From positions 21,365 through 85,364 of the forward strand of contig JBEEMW010000070.1 in NCBI GenBank assembly GCA_041192445.1: DNA of 64,000 bases. The letters run 5' to 3'. This document shows, in pieces, positions 40,974 to 50,546 of this stretch. The stretch comes from Pseudomonadota bacterium. GTDB lineage: Bacteria > Pseudomonadota > Gammaproteobacteria > Burkholderiales > Burkholderiaceae_C. The translations under genes and the position numbers were made by a program. The notes below the pieces were generated by a model that was given only the letters and a program-made list of their open reading frames with translations, was not told where the DNA came from and did not search any database. Within the stretch, counting starts at the first letter, position 1. Each line of letters starts with the position of its first letter.

Positions 40974-41534
40974 TTAAAGCAGCACAGCGCCCTGAAGGGC
41001 GCCCAGCACGATAGCCGCAACCTGCAGGAGTACCAGCAGCACCAGCGGCGACAGATCGACGCCGCCCACCAGGGGTACGACACGCCGAATGGGTATCAGT
41101 GGAGGTGCGCACAGGCGTTCAACCACATCCGAAATCACCGATTGTGTCGACACCCACGACAAGACGGCGTAGACAATGATCAGACCAGTCATGCCCGAGA
41201 GGGCCAGCCGGACCAGGCCAAACAGCGCCAGAATGGGAATAGTCACTATCCCGCCAGCGGCTCCGGCCAGTAACCACAGCACCAAAAACTGCGCCAACTG
41301 GATCAAAAAAGCCGCGACCAGACTGGCCATGTCCCATCTCCCCATCGCCGGCACAACACGCCGCAAGGGCAAAACGATCCAATCTGTCAGCGCAAAAACA
41401 AAACGCCCCAGCGGATTACCCGAACGCGCGGACATGGGTACGCGCTGGTACTGCATATACAGCCGCAACAGACAGGCGCCAGCAACCAGGCCAGACGCCA
41501 CTTCGAGCAGGAGGGAAATGATTTGATAGACCAT
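40974..41534 (-). CDS. YggT-family integral membrane protein
   Basis: Duplicated YggT pattern (L..YM.....S..NPL..F....TDW.V.PLRR..P), four TM segments. I prefer the ATG at 41534 (MVYQII...). Confidence 0.75.
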   Translation of the reverse strand: MVYQIISLLLEVASGLVAGACLLRLYMQYQRVPMSARSGNPLGRFVFALTDWIVLPLRRVVPAMGRWDMASLVAAFLIQLAQFLVLWLLAGAAGGIVTIPILALFGLVRLALSGMTGLIIVYAVLSWVSTQSVISDVVERLCAPPLIPIRRVVPLVGGVDLSPLVLLVLLQVAAIVLGALQGAVLL

Positions 41535-41656
41535 GAATTTGAAAGGGTTTGAGCGTCGAATCATAGCGCCGGCCCTTGCCGCCCAACAAAAACTTAAAAT
41601 CTCTCATTTGGAACATCTCGTGCGGCTTGCCGCTTCCCTACATTTCTTGCCCTTTC

Positions 41657-43225
41657 ATGTCAGACAACACCCTCCCCCAAGCCCCCCAGGACGAAAACCA
41701 GCTGATGATTGAGCGCCGGGAGAAACTCAAAGCCATCCGCCAGCAACAAGCACTGGGCCAGGGTGTGGCGTTTCCCAACGACTTCAAGCCTGCGCACCGT
41801 GCGGCAGACCTGTTTGCGTCGTTCGACGCGCAGACCACCGAAGACCTGGTCACACTGGCGCCAATGGCCAAGGTGGCTGGCCGCATGATGCTCAAGCGCG
41901 TGATGGGCAAGGCCAGCTTCTGCACCTTGCAGGATGCGTCGTTTGGCCCCACCGGCGGACGGATCCAGATTTATGTGAAGGGCGAAGACGTGGGTGAGGC
42001 GCTCTATGCCAGCTTCAAGCACTGGGATTTGGGTGACATCGTGGCCGCCGAGGGCCGTGTCTTCAAAACCAAAACGGGTGAATTGTCCATCCACGCCACC
42101 AGCGTGCGCCTGCTCACCAAAAGCCTTCGGCCGATGCCTGACAAGTTTCACGGCATGGCTGACCAGGAAACCAAGTACCGCCAGCGTTATGTGGACCTGA
42201 TGACCGATGAAGCCGCACGCAAGCGTTTTGTAGGACGCAGCAAAACCGTCAGTGGCATTCGCGAGTTCATGGTGGCACACGATTTTCTGGAAGTTGAAAC
42301 CCCCATGCTGCACCCGATTCCGGGTGGTGCCAACGCCAAGCCGTTCAAAACACACCATAACGCGCTGGACCAGGAAATGTTTTTGCGCATCGCGCCCGAG
42401 CTGTACCTGAAACGCCTGATCGTCGGTGGCTTTGAGCGTGTGTTCGAAATCAACCGCAGCTACCGCAACGAAGGTATCAGCGTGCGCCACAATCCTGAGT
42501 TCACCATGATGGAGTTCTACGCGGCCTACTGGAACTACCTTGACCTGATGACGTTCACCGAATCACTGATTCGTGATGCGGCCCAAAGGGCCACCGGCTC
42601 GTTACAGCTCAGCTATGCAGGCAAACCGGTCGATCTGAGCCAACCGTTTGAACGCCTCACGATTCGCGATGCCATCATCAAACACACCGAAGCCGCTGCG
42701 GCCACAGAAGACGGCTCCGGCCTGCGTGTGGACAACGCCTTGTGGTTGACAAACGCACTGCGCAAACTCGGCCTGACCGAGGCCAAACACAAATTCTCGA
42801 CCCGCTCGCTGGCCAGTCTGCAAGTGATGTACTTCGAGGAAACCGTGGAAGAAAAGCTCTGGCTGCCAACCTTCATCATGGAACACCCCACCGAGATTTC
42901 GCCGCTGGCGCGCGCCAATGACGAACGCCCCGAAGTGACCGAGCGCTTTGAGCTTTACATCACGGGCCGCGAATTCGGCAACGGATTCAGCGAGCTCAAC
43001 GATGCCGAAGACCAGGCCGCACGTTTTCAGGCTCAGGTGACCGCCAAAGATGGTGGTGACGACGAAGCCATGTTCTATGACCATGATTTTGTGCGTGCGC
43101 TGGAATACGGCATGCCCCCTACGGGCGGCTGCGGTATCGGCATTGACCGCTTGATGATGCTGCTGACCGACAGTGCCAGCATTCGTGACGTCATCCTGTT
43201 TCCGGCACTGCGCCGGGAAAGCTGA
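41657..43225 (+). CDS. lysS: Lysine--tRNA ligase (class II)
   Basis: [16 protein letters not shown]...RQRYVDLM...FLEVETPML...[19 protein letters not shown]...[15 protein letters not shown] at 41657. Confidence 0.96.
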   Translation: MSDNTLPQAPQDENQLMIERREKLKAIRQQQALGQGVAFPNDFKPAHRAADLFASFDAQTTEDLVTLAPMAKVAGRMMLKRVMGKASFCTLQDASFGPTGGRIQIYVKGEDVGEALYASFKHWDLGDIVAAEGRVFKTKTGELSIHATSVRLLTKSLRPMPDKFHGMADQETKYRQRYVDLMTDEAARKRFVGRSKTVSGIREFMVAHDFLEVETPMLHPIPGGANAKPFKTHHNALDQEMFLRIAPELYLKRLIVGGFERVFEINRSYRNEGISVRHNPEFTMMEFYAAYWNYLDLMTFTESLIRDAAQRATGSLQLSYAGKPVDLSQPFERLTIRDAIIKHTEAAAATEDGSGLRVDNALWLTNALRKLGLTEAKHKFSTRSLASLQVMYFEETVEEKLWLPTFIMEHPTEISPLARANDERPEVTERFELYITGREFGNGFSELNDAEDQAARFQAQVTAKDGGDDEAMFYDHDFVRALEYGMPPTGGCGIGIDRLMMLLTDSASIRDVILFPALRRES

Positions 43226-43239
43226 AGGCACAAATTACC

Positions 43240-43770
43240 TTGCAGACGCTCAAGTACCTCACGGCCTACCCTGAATCCGTTCAGGCCCAGGTCCGTGATC
43301 TCATTGCGCAGGATGGCCTGACAGCGCTGCTGCGAAAAAAATACAGCCGTGCGCACGGCATTCGCACAGACAAAGCCTTGTACGACTTCGTGATGGGTCT
43401 TAAAAATGAATACCTGCGAAGCTCCGAGCCTTTGGCCAAGGTCACGTTTGACAGCAAGCTCAAAGTCATCCAGCACGCCTTGGGCACCCACACCACCGTA
43501 TCGCGGGTACAGGGCAACAAGCTCAAGAGCAAGCGTGAAATTCGTATCGCCACGCTCTTCAAAGACGTGCCCATCGAGCTACTCAAAATGATCACGGTGC
43601 ATGAGCTGGCGCACATCAAGGAAAAGGCCCACGACAAAGCCTTTTACAAACTTTGCGCCCACATGGAGCCCAACTATCACCAACTGGAATTTGATCTGCG
43701 CCTGTACCTGACCTGGCAAGACCTGCCCCAACCCGGCGCCGTAACTGAGGCGGTCTGGCTCACGGCTTGA
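43240..43770 (+). CDS. YgjP-like (DUF45) / M48-related metal-dependent hydrolase
   Basis: ITVHELAHIKEKAHDKAFYKL (HEXXH in a DUF45-like context). TTG start as in the ORF track, so the start is uncertain. Confidence 0.55.
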   Translation: MQTLKYLTAYPESVQAQVRDLIAQDGLTALLRKKYSRAHGIRTDKALYDFVMGLKNEYLRSSEPLAKVTFDSKLKVIQHALGTHTTVSRVQGNKLKSKREIRIATLFKDVPIELLKMITVHELAHIKEKAHDKAFYKLCAHMEPNYHQLEFDLRLYLTWQDLPQPGAVTEAVWLTA

Positions 43771-44881
43771 GCGTCACCGGCACACGCAAGTCGTCCAGAT
43801 AGTCCTGGGCAATGTTCACCGTACCCGCGACACCCAGCGCGTTGTAGTGCCTTCTCAACCAGGCCTTCGCACTCGCCTGACCCAGATCGCGTAGAGCGTG
43901 AATCAGACTGGCGCTGGTCGATGTTTTGGTGGACGCAGAAAAGGCCTCCAGCGCCTCACCCCCATCAATGCGGTGCATCAAAACGTCTTTGTAGGATGTG
44001 GCGTCCAGTTTGCCCTCGGCCAGCAAGCGTTTCACAAAATCGATGGCGCGCATCTCGGCAATCAAGCCGGCGTTAAACGTGATCTCGTTCATGCGGTCCA
44101 TGATCTCTGCACCCGTCGTAGGCAGCTTGTCGCGCTTGATCGGGTTGATCTGCACCAGCAGGATGTCGCGGCTTTGGCAGTTGTAGATCAATGGATGAAT
44201 AGCGGGGTTGCCTGAGAAGCCGCCATCCCAAAAGTGGTCACCTTCAATCTCGACCGCCTGAAACATCATGGGCAGGCAGGCCGATGCCATGACAGCATCG
44301 GCTGTCAGGCGCTTGCCCGAGAACACCTCGGCCTTGCCCGTAGACACGCGGGTTGCCACAACAAACACCTTGAGCGTTTTGAGCTGGGACAGGTGCTCAA
44401 AGTCGACCTGCCGCTCCAAAAACTGGCGCAATGGGTTGATATCAAACGGATTGCTTTGGTAAGGTGACACCGTTTGTGACCAGAAACTGGTCATCGCACT
44501 GGCCCATGCAGCAGTCGCAGAGTTGTCGGCACTGCCCTGCCCAAACAGCACATCAAATGGCCCCCGCTGCGCCTCGGACAACGCACCCATGTCAACAATG
44601 CCGTTCCAGAACCTCGCCAGGGCTTCGCGCGCCGCTTCCCGGGGGTCAGACCGGGCATTTCCGTGGGCCTGGGCAAACCCGTGCCCCAGCGCCACCGCAT
44701 TCATTGCCCCGGCGCTGGTGCCACTGATGCCTTCGATGGCGACACGGCCATCTTCAAGTAAAGCGTCCAGCACGCCCCAGGTGAAAGCACCGTGCGAACC
44801 ACCCCCCTGAAGTGCCAGGTTGACACTGGGTAAACTACCCGCAGATTGCCGGCCAGGAATAGGCTTGTTGATTGTGTTCAT
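43760..44881 (-). CDS. Patatin-like phospholipase family protein
   Basis: GGGSHGAFTWGVLDALLE (oxyanion Gly-rich loop), GTSAGAMNA (GxSxG nucleophile), DGGFSGNPA (catalytic Asp). Confidence 0.85.
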   Translation of the reverse strand: MNTINKPIPGRQSAGSLPSVNLALQGGGSHGAFTWGVLDALLEDGRVAIEGISGTSAGAMNAVALGHGFAQAHGNARSDPREAAREALARFWNGIVDMGALSEAQRGPFDVLFGQGSADNSATAAWASAMTSFWSQTVSPYQSNPFDINPLRQFLERQVDFEHLSQLKTLKVFVVATRVSTGKAEVFSGKRLTADAVMASACLPMMFQAVEIEGDHFWDGGFSGNPAIHPLIYNCQSRDILLVQINPIKRDKLPTTGAEIMDRMNEITFNAGLIAEMRAIDFVKRLLAEGKLDATSYKDVLMHRIDGGEALEAFSASTKTSTSASLIHALRDLGQASAKAWLRRHYNALGVAGTVNIAQDYLDDLRVPVTLKP

Positions 44882-44965
44882 ATCCAGAGGTTAGCAAGAA
44901 TTGCCGATAACCACCCATAGCGACGTCCAGCACCATTTTTGTCCCGCCAAAACCCAGTTACAAGC

Positions 44966-45391
44966 ATGAAGAACATCTGGCATCCGCGACTTCACCTGTT
45001 CAGAAATTCGTCTCATCTGATGCGCTGCCTGGCAGGGCTGTTTTGCGGTGTGCTTTTAATGACGGCCTGCGCCCAGGACGCGACAAACGCACCGGTTATG
45101 GCGCTGCCGGGCAGTGGCAGCACGCATCAGGTGGGCACCGCCCCCACACAGGCTATTCGGGTCATCGTGCAATTCAAGCAGGTTGTGCCCTACAGCAGCA
45201 GCGCGTTCCTGATGGACATGAAGGTGCAAACCCAGGCCAATGTCAGCTACATTGCTGCGGTGTCCGGTGATACCCATGTCTACGGCATTCAGCCGCTGCC
45301 GGGACAAACCATCACCCAAGTGCTCCAGCGTCTGGGCAATATGCCCGTTGTGCGCCGGGTTGAGGTCGATCAGCAGATGAAATTCCAATAA
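44966..45391 (+). CDS. Small secreted or lipoprotein resembling a stand-alone subtilase propeptide (inhibitor I9-like)
   Basis: Signal/lipobox-like LLMTAC. RVIVQFKQVV...VSYIAAVSGDTHVY...LQRLGNMPVVRRVEVDQ parallels the propeptide of the downstream S8 protease (RLIIKFKDQA...LSYLKSI...HVAL...LAQDPRVEYAEIDE). The start is ambiguous: 44939 TTG, 44966 ATG or 45020 ATG. Confidence 0.55.
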   Translation: MKNIWHPRLHLFRNSSHLMRCLAGLFCGVLLMTACAQDATNAPVMALPGSGSTHQVGTAPTQAIRVIVQFKQVVPYSSSAFLMDMKVQTQANVSYIAAVSGDTHVYGIQPLPGQTITQVLQRLGNMPVVRRVEVDQQMKFQ

Positions 45392-45398
45392 TCAAAAT

Positions 45399-47591
45399 AT
45401 GAAGTCCACCTTGAAACGCCTGTCAGCATTCACCATTCTCACGGTTCTTGCAACCGTGTCCATCATCGCCACCGCCCAGCTCACAACTCTGGGCGGCAAA
45501 AAGTCGACTGCACGAGCCCATGCGACCACCGGGCCCCTGGCTGGCGAAGCCCCTTTGAACCGGTTGATCATCAAATTCAAGGATCAGGCAACGGATAAAA
45601 CCGGTGCGTTCAGCGCAAGCCTGGCTCAAGGGCATGTCAAGGCCTTGAGTGCCGGTGGTGCCATGCAATCCGCAAGCACCGGGCTTGTCGAACTGTCGTA
45701 TCTCAAATCCATCACCCCGCAGTCCCATGTGGCCCTGACGACGCAAAAACTCGGCCGGGCCGAACTGTCTGCGCTGGCCAAACAGCTGGCACAAGACCCT
45801 CGGGTTGAATACGCCGAGATTGACGAGAAGGTTTATCCGTTGATGGTGCCAACCGACACCGACTTTGCGACCCAACAGTGGAATCTGAAAGCCCCCGGCG
45901 TCGCCGTGGGTGGAGCCAATCTGACGCCAGCGTGGGACCGGCAGACAGTTGGATTAGCCCCCATCAATGGGGTGGGCGTCGTGGTGGCCGTTCTGGACAC
46001 CGGGTATCGCCCTCACGCTGATTTGGCCGCCAACATTTTGACGGGTTATGACTTTATCAGCGCGGACTCCGCCGGCGTATTCACGACCGCCCGTGATGGC
46101 GACGGACGTGACGCTGATGCGCAGGACCCCGGCGACTGGGTGGCAACGGCATCGACCAACTGCCCGGTCGCAGACTCCAGCTGGCACGGAACCCATGTGG
46201 CGGGAATCGTTGCGGCCGTCGGCAACAACGGCGCCGGTGTGATTGGTGTGGCCTACGGTGCAAAGATTTTGCCTGTGCGTGTATTGGGAGTTTGTGGCGG
46301 GTATACCTCCGATATCGCAGCAGGTATTCGCTGGGCAGCTGGTCTCGCCGTGAGTGGGGTCAGCAACAATCTCAACGTTGCCAAAGTCATCAACCTGAGT
46401 CTGGGCAGCAGCGGGATTTGCTCCAGCACCTTTCAAACTGCAATCACAGCGGCCCGTGCTGCGGGCAGCGTGATCGTGACAGCGACCGGCAACGACGGTG
46501 CCCTGTCCATCGGTCAACCAGCCAACTGCAATGGTGTTATTGCGGTCACTGCACACACGCGACTCGGTGACAACGCCGATTACGCCAATGTCGGCGCAGG
46601 AACCACCATCAGTGCACCGGGAGGTGGTTATGGGACCAATATTGCGGGTGATGGCAGCTCCATTTATTCAACTGCCAACGCCGGCCTTACAACACCCGCC
46701 TCTGACAACTACACCAGTGAGGCCGGCACCAGCTTTGCAGTTCCCCACGTGGCGGGCGTGGTTGCCCTGATGTTTCAGGCCAAACCGGGCATCACACCGG
46801 ATGAAGTTCAGTCCCGCTTGGTCACCTCGGCGCGCGCACACCCTGCAGGGACTTATTGTGTTGGCATTGCGGCATGCGGCGCGGGTCTGCTGGATGCGGA
46901 TGCTGCCGTGGCGCTCACGCTGGATGCAACAGTCCCCATCACCACAGCGTCAACCGCGCCAGCGAATCCAGTCCTACGGGGCGCTACGGTGAGCCTGACC
47001 GGTGTTGCCACACCGGGGGCCAGTGCTATTTCGTCCGTGGTCTGGACTCAACTTTCCGGACCTGCCGTCACCATCACCAACGCCGCTACAAGCAATGCGT
47101 CTTTTGTGGCTTCGTCTGGTGCAGCCAGTTATGTGTTCCGTTTCAGGGCAACAGATGGCCTCGGGCACACCTCAGACAGTTGGGTCAGCGTTCTGACCAG
47201 CAATACAGCCCCGGTGCTGAACACCATTTCAGCCCAAACCGTGGTGGTTGGTCATAGTTTGAACTTCACTGTCAGTGCCACGGATACCGATGGGGATGTG
47301 GTGACCTATTCAGCCAGTGGTCTCCCGTCCGGTGCAACCTTCAACACCGTTACTGGCGCATTCAGCTGGAGCAACGCACAACCGGCTGGCAGCTACAGTT
47401 TTTTCATAGCCCCCTCCGATGGAGCGGCCTATGGTGCGGCTCAAACGGTCACTGTGACGGTTACCGCCGCCGCAGTCGCAGTCGCAACATCATCGGGTGG
47501 CGGCGCCGCCGACTGGACTGATTTGCTGGCCGTTTTGCTACTGGCCTTTATGGCTCTGGCCTTTCGCCGACGCACCCCTGCGCCACGCTGA
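45399..47591 (+). CDS. S8-family (subtilisin-like) serine peptidase with I9 propeptide, Ig-like repeats and a GlyGly-CTERM sorting tail
   Basis: Catalytic triad contexts VAVLDTGY (D), HGTHVAGIVAA (H) and GTSFAVPHVAG (S). Also a signal peptide and the C-terminal SSGGGAADWTDLLAVLLLAFMALAFRRRTPAPR. Confidence 0.9.
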   Translation: MKSTLKRLSAFTILTVLATVSIIATAQLTTLGGKKSTARAHATTGPLAGEAPLNRLIIKFKDQATDKTGAFSASLAQGHVKALSAGGAMQSASTGLVELSYLKSITPQSHVALTTQKLGRAELSALAKQLAQDPRVEYAEIDEKVYPLMVPTDTDFATQQWNLKAPGVAVGGANLTPAWDRQTVGLAPINGVGVVVAVLDTGYRPHADLAANILTGYDFISADSAGVFTTARDGDGRDADAQDPGDWVATASTNCPVADSSWHGTHVAGIVAAVGNNGAGVIGVAYGAKILPVRVLGVCGGYTSDIAAGIRWAAGLAVSGVSNNLNVAKVINLSLGSSGICSSTFQTAITAARAAGSVIVTATGNDGALSIGQPANCNGVIAVTAHTRLGDNADYANVGAGTTISAPGGGYGTNIAGDGSSIYSTANAGLTTPASDNYTSEAGTSFAVPHVAGVVALMFQAKPGITPDEVQSRLVTSARAHPAGTYCVGIAACGAGLLDADAAVALTLDATVPITTASTAPANPVLRGATVSLTGVATPGASAISSVVWTQLSGPAVTITNAATSNASFVASSGAASYVFRFRATDGLGHTSDSWVSVLTSNTAPVLNTISAQTVVVGHSLNFTVSATDTDGDVVTYSASGLPSGATFNTVTGAFSWSNAQPAGSYSFFIAPSDGAAYGAAQTVTVTVTAAAVAVATSSGGGAADWTDLLAVLLLAFMALAFRRRTPAPR
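47490..47588 (+). other. GlyGly-CTERM sorting signal (rhombosortase recognition tail) of the S8 protease
   Basis: A Gly-Gly-Gly motif, a hydrophobic helix of about 17 residues, then an RRR cluster at the extreme C-terminus. The adjacent gene is rhombosortase-like. Confidence 0.75.
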
Positions 47592-48209
47592 CACCAGAAC
47601 CACCGCGATGAGGCCACCCGCTGCACCCGCCTCATGCGCCGGGTAATAGGTCGAGAAACCCAGCCAGCCAGGCATTGCAGGGGTTCCCGGCCTGTGCTGG
47701 ACCACCAGCTTGACGATCAGGCCCAGCAAGACAATCAACGCCAGCACACGCGCTGCTTGCGAACTGTGCGCCACCAACAGGCTGGTTTGGGGCGTGGCAA
47801 CCTGGCCCGGCTTGCCCAACACCATGTGAATGGCATTGCCCGCCAGAAACCCATGCAAAGCGCCTGACGCGCCAGCGTAATAATTGCAGTGGGTGTCCAG
47901 CGCAAGGACTGTCGCTACACCCAGGTAGCCACCCAGCAAGGCCACAAGCTGGGTTCGCGTATCAACAAACCCGTGAAACGCCACCAGCATCAAAACCATG
48001 CCCGTAGCATTCACAACCGCATGCAAGCCACTCAAATGCACCCATTGAGACGTGATGAGCTGCCACCAGGCGCCCGTCTCAAAAGCCGGGCGTGAAAACC
48101 GCCATGCGTCGGGAAGCTCGGGCTCGGACCACAGCGCCAAACCGAGCGTGAGGGCAACAAAGACCAGGGAAAAACGGACCGTACCTGTCAGATGCCGCAG
48201 CGCCAACAT
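47538..48209 (-). CDS. rrtA: Rhombosortase (rhomboid-family intramembrane serine protease, RrtA-like)
   Basis: WWQLITSQWVHLSGLHAVVN (rhomboid TM2 H..H..N), GASGALHG (GxSG nucleophile), AHEAGAAGG (TM6 HxxGxxxG). About 220 aa, adjacent to a GlyGly-CTERM protein. Confidence 0.8.
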   Translation of the reverse strand: MLALRHLTGTVRFSLVFVALTLGLALWSEPELPDAWRFSRPAFETGAWWQLITSQWVHLSGLHAVVNATGMVLMLVAFHGFVDTRTQLVALLGGYLGVATVLALDTHCNYYAGASGALHGFLAGNAIHMVLGKPGQVATPQTSLLVAHSSQAARVLALIVLLGLIVKLVVQHRPGTPAMPGWLGFSTYYPAHEAGAAGGLIAVVLVSAWRRGASAKGQSHKGQ

Positions 48210-48215
48210 GTTGGT

Positions 48216-49310
48216 CTATGGAATCAGGTCAAGCGCCTGCATGTACGCCGGGTGCACCATCAGGGCGTCCCAGTCCGGCGCCGGCGTCACGGGCAGCAAG
48301 GCCAGCCGGCGCGCTTCGCTGGCGTCCATTGGCTGCCATTGACTCCTGATTTGCGCCTCCACCATGCCGTCCAGCAACTCGTCTACGGCTTGGCCACCGT
48401 CCACAGACTGGTTACACAGCAGCACCATGTCGCAGCCCGCGTTGAGCGCCACCACAGCCGCCTGCGAGTAGCTGACTTGCTGCCCGTCGATCAGGCGGGC
48501 ACCGGCCATGGACAAATCGTCGCTGAAAATCGCGCCACCGAATCCGAGCTGACCGCGCAGGATGTCGTTAAGCCATTTGGCAGAAAAACCTGCCGGGCGG
48601 GCATCGACTTTCGGGTAGATGACGTGGGCCGGCATCACGCTGGACAGCGTGGTGCTCAACCAGCCGTAGGCTGCAGCGTCATCCGCCAGAATGGCTTTGA
48701 GGCTGCGTTTGTCAACCGGGATATCGGTGTGGGAGTCGGCTTTGACAAAGCCGTGGCCGGGGAAATGTTTGCCGCAGTTGGCCATGCCGCTGATGTGCAG
48801 GCCGTGCATCAGGCTTTTGGCCAGCAGGCTGACGACACGCGGATCGCGTCCAAAGGAGCGGTCTCCAATCACACTGCTTGCACCAAAGTCCAGGTCCAGC
48901 ACGGGTGTGAAGCTTAAGTCCACGCCACAGGCACGCAGCTCGGAACCCAGAATGTAGCCGCAGGCGGTTGCCGCGTTGGTGGCGGCCATGGCCGATGCGC
49001 CCGGCCTCCCCGGCTTGTGGCCGGGCCTCTCGTCCATCCACATCTCGCCCAGCGCCCGCATCGGCGGCAAATGGGTGAAACCATCGGTCTTGAAACGCTG
49101 GACGCGCCCGCCTTCGTGGTCGACACAGATCAGCAGGTCTTGACGCACTGTCTTGATGTCGCGGCACAGGCGGGCGAGTTGCTCGCGACTGCTCCAGTTG
49201 CGGGCAAACAGGATGATGCCACCCACCAGGGGGTGCTGGAGACGCTGGCGGTCTTTGGGCGTGAGGTTCAGGCCTGCAACGTCGATGATCAAGGGGGCGT
49301 GTTGGGTCAT
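48216..49310 (-). CDS. nagZ: Beta-N-acetylhexosaminidase (peptidoglycan recycling)
   Basis: PLIIDVAGLNLTPKDRQRLQHPLVGGIILFARNW...VDHEGGRVQRF...KHFPGHG. The start is trimmed to the ATG at 49310. Confidence 0.93.
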   Translation of the reverse strand: MTQHAPLIIDVAGLNLTPKDRQRLQHPLVGGIILFARNWSSREQLARLCRDIKTVRQDLLICVDHEGGRVQRFKTDGFTHLPPMRALGEMWMDERPGHKPGRPGASAMAATNAATACGYILGSELRACGVDLSFTPVLDLDFGASSVIGDRSFGRDPRVVSLLAKSLMHGLHISGMANCGKHFPGHGFVKADSHTDIPVDKRSLKAILADDAAAYGWLSTTLSSVMPAHVIYPKVDARPAGFSAKWLNDILRGQLGFGGAIFSDDLSMAGARLIDGQQVSYSQAAVVALNAGCDMVLLCNQSVDGGQAVDELLDGMVEAQIRSQWQPMDASEARRLALLPVTPAPDWDALMVHPAYMQALDLIP

Positions 49311-49314
49311 ATGG

Positions 49315-49372
49315 ATGCTACAAAATAAATAGCTGCTCACGCATATTCTACGGGGGCTAAGGGCCAATTTTC
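49315..49372 (+). repeat. 55-bp dispersed repeat (my reference copy) occupying the acpS-nagZ junction
   Basis: atgctacaaaataaatagctgctcacgcatattctacgggggctaagggccaatttt. The acpS stop (49357-49359) and its last 4-5 codons lie inside it, and it ends 5 nt from the nagZ ATG. Confidence 0.85.
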
Positions 49373-49770
49373 TCTACGACGCAGAAGCTGGCAGCGTAAT
49401 CGGTCTCATCGGTCACACTCACGTGGGCGGTGAGGCCCCGGGCTTCGAACCAGTCTTTCAGGCCCCCATGCAGCACGATGCAGGGCTTGCCGGCGTTGGG
49501 GTGGTCTTGCGGCAGTTTGGCGATTTCACACAGGCGCCAGGTCATCGGCATACGCATGCCCAGGCCGATGGCTTTGCTGAACGCCTCCTTGGCACTGAAG
49601 CGGGTGGCCAGGTAGCGCACCCCGCGCTCCGGCCAGCGTGCGCTTCGGGCTTTCCAGGTGGTGAACTCGGCATCACTTAGCACTTTTTGTGCAAAACGGT
49701 CGCCATGGCGCTCCAGGCTGGCGCGGATTCGGCGAACGTCGCAGATGTCGGTGCCGATGCCGTAAATCAT
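49357..49770 (-). CDS. acpS: Holo-[acyl-carrier-protein] synthase
   Basis: [15 protein letters not shown]...[11 protein letters not shown]. The start is trimmed to the ATG at 49770. Confidence 0.9.
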   Translation of the reverse strand: MIYGIGTDICDVRRIRASLERHGDRFAQKVLSDAEFTTWKARSARWPERGVRYLATRFSAKEAFSKAIGLGMRMPMTWRLCEIAKLPQDHPNAGKPCIVLHGGLKDWFEARGLTAHVSVTDETDYAASFCVVEKIGP

Positions 49771-49783
49771 GAAGCAATCCCAC

Positions 49784-50542
49784 TCACCTGCCGGCCTCTT
49801 CAATGCAGCGCAGATAGCTGTGGATGGTGTTGGTGTAGCCCATTTCCAGGGCATCCGCGATCAGGGCGTGCCCGATCGACACCTCGCGTACATCCGGCAC
49901 CTGCTTCAGGAAGGTGGTGAGGTTGTCCCGGTTCAGGTCGTGGCCCGCGTTCACGCCCAGGCCCGCCTCCAGCGCAGCCTGGGCCGCCTGCGCAAAACGC
50001 GCCAGCTGGTCCGCCTGTTGCGCGCCGCCCCAGGCCGCCGCATAGGGCTCGGTGTACAGCTCAACCCGGTCCGCACCCACCGCCCTGGCGGCGGCCATGG
50101 CCCGGGGGTCTGCGTCCATGAACAGGCTGACACGCACGCCCAGGCTTCGGGCCTCGGCAATCAGGGGGGCCAGTCGAACGGCGTCCTGGGGTAAATCCCA
50201 GCCATGGTCGCTGGTGAATTGCCCCTCCGAGTCAGGTACAAAGGTGCATTGATGGGGACGCACCTGGCGCACAAAATCCATCAAATTCTGGAACGGATTG
50301 CCTTCGATGTTGAATTCACGGTCAGGCCAGGCCTTCATCAAGGCCGCCAAATCATGCACATCGGTCGACCGGATATGGCGCTCATCAGGGCGGGGGTGCA
50401 CCGTGATGCCGTGGGCCCCGGCCTGCAGGCACAGGGTAGCGGCGCGGGTGACGCCGGGAATACCCAGATGCCGCGTGTTGCGTACCAGCGCGACCTTGTT
50501 GAGATTGACAGACAAGGCGGTTTGAAAAAACGTGGGGGTCAT
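49784..50542 (-). CDS. pdxJ: Pyridoxine 5'-phosphate synthase
   Basis: [15 protein letters not shown]...[12 protein letters not shown]...NIEGNP...VSLFMDAD...VELYTEPYA...NAGHDL. Confidence 0.95.
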   Translation of the reverse strand: MTPTFFQTALSVNLNKVALVRNTRHLGIPGVTRAATLCLQAGAHGITVHPRPDERHIRSTDVHDLAALMKAWPDREFNIEGNPFQNLMDFVRQVRPHQCTFVPDSEGQFTSDHGWDLPQDAVRLAPLIAEARSLGVRVSLFMDADPRAMAAARAVGADRVELYTEPYAAAWGGAQQADQLARFAQAAQAALEAGLGVNAGHDLNRDNLTTFLKQVPDVREVSIGHALIADALEMGYTNTIHSYLRCIEEAGR

Positions 50543-50546
50543 ATCT

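Noticed and set aside
43240-44881. Patatin-like phospholipase plus a metallohydrolase as a defence module (CBASS-like effector).
   Set aside because: There is no nucleotidyltransferase/cyclase, no E1/E2/JAB, and no other defence gene nearby. The two genes are convergent and flanked by lysS and core genes. This looks like an ordinary lipid-metabolism patatin.
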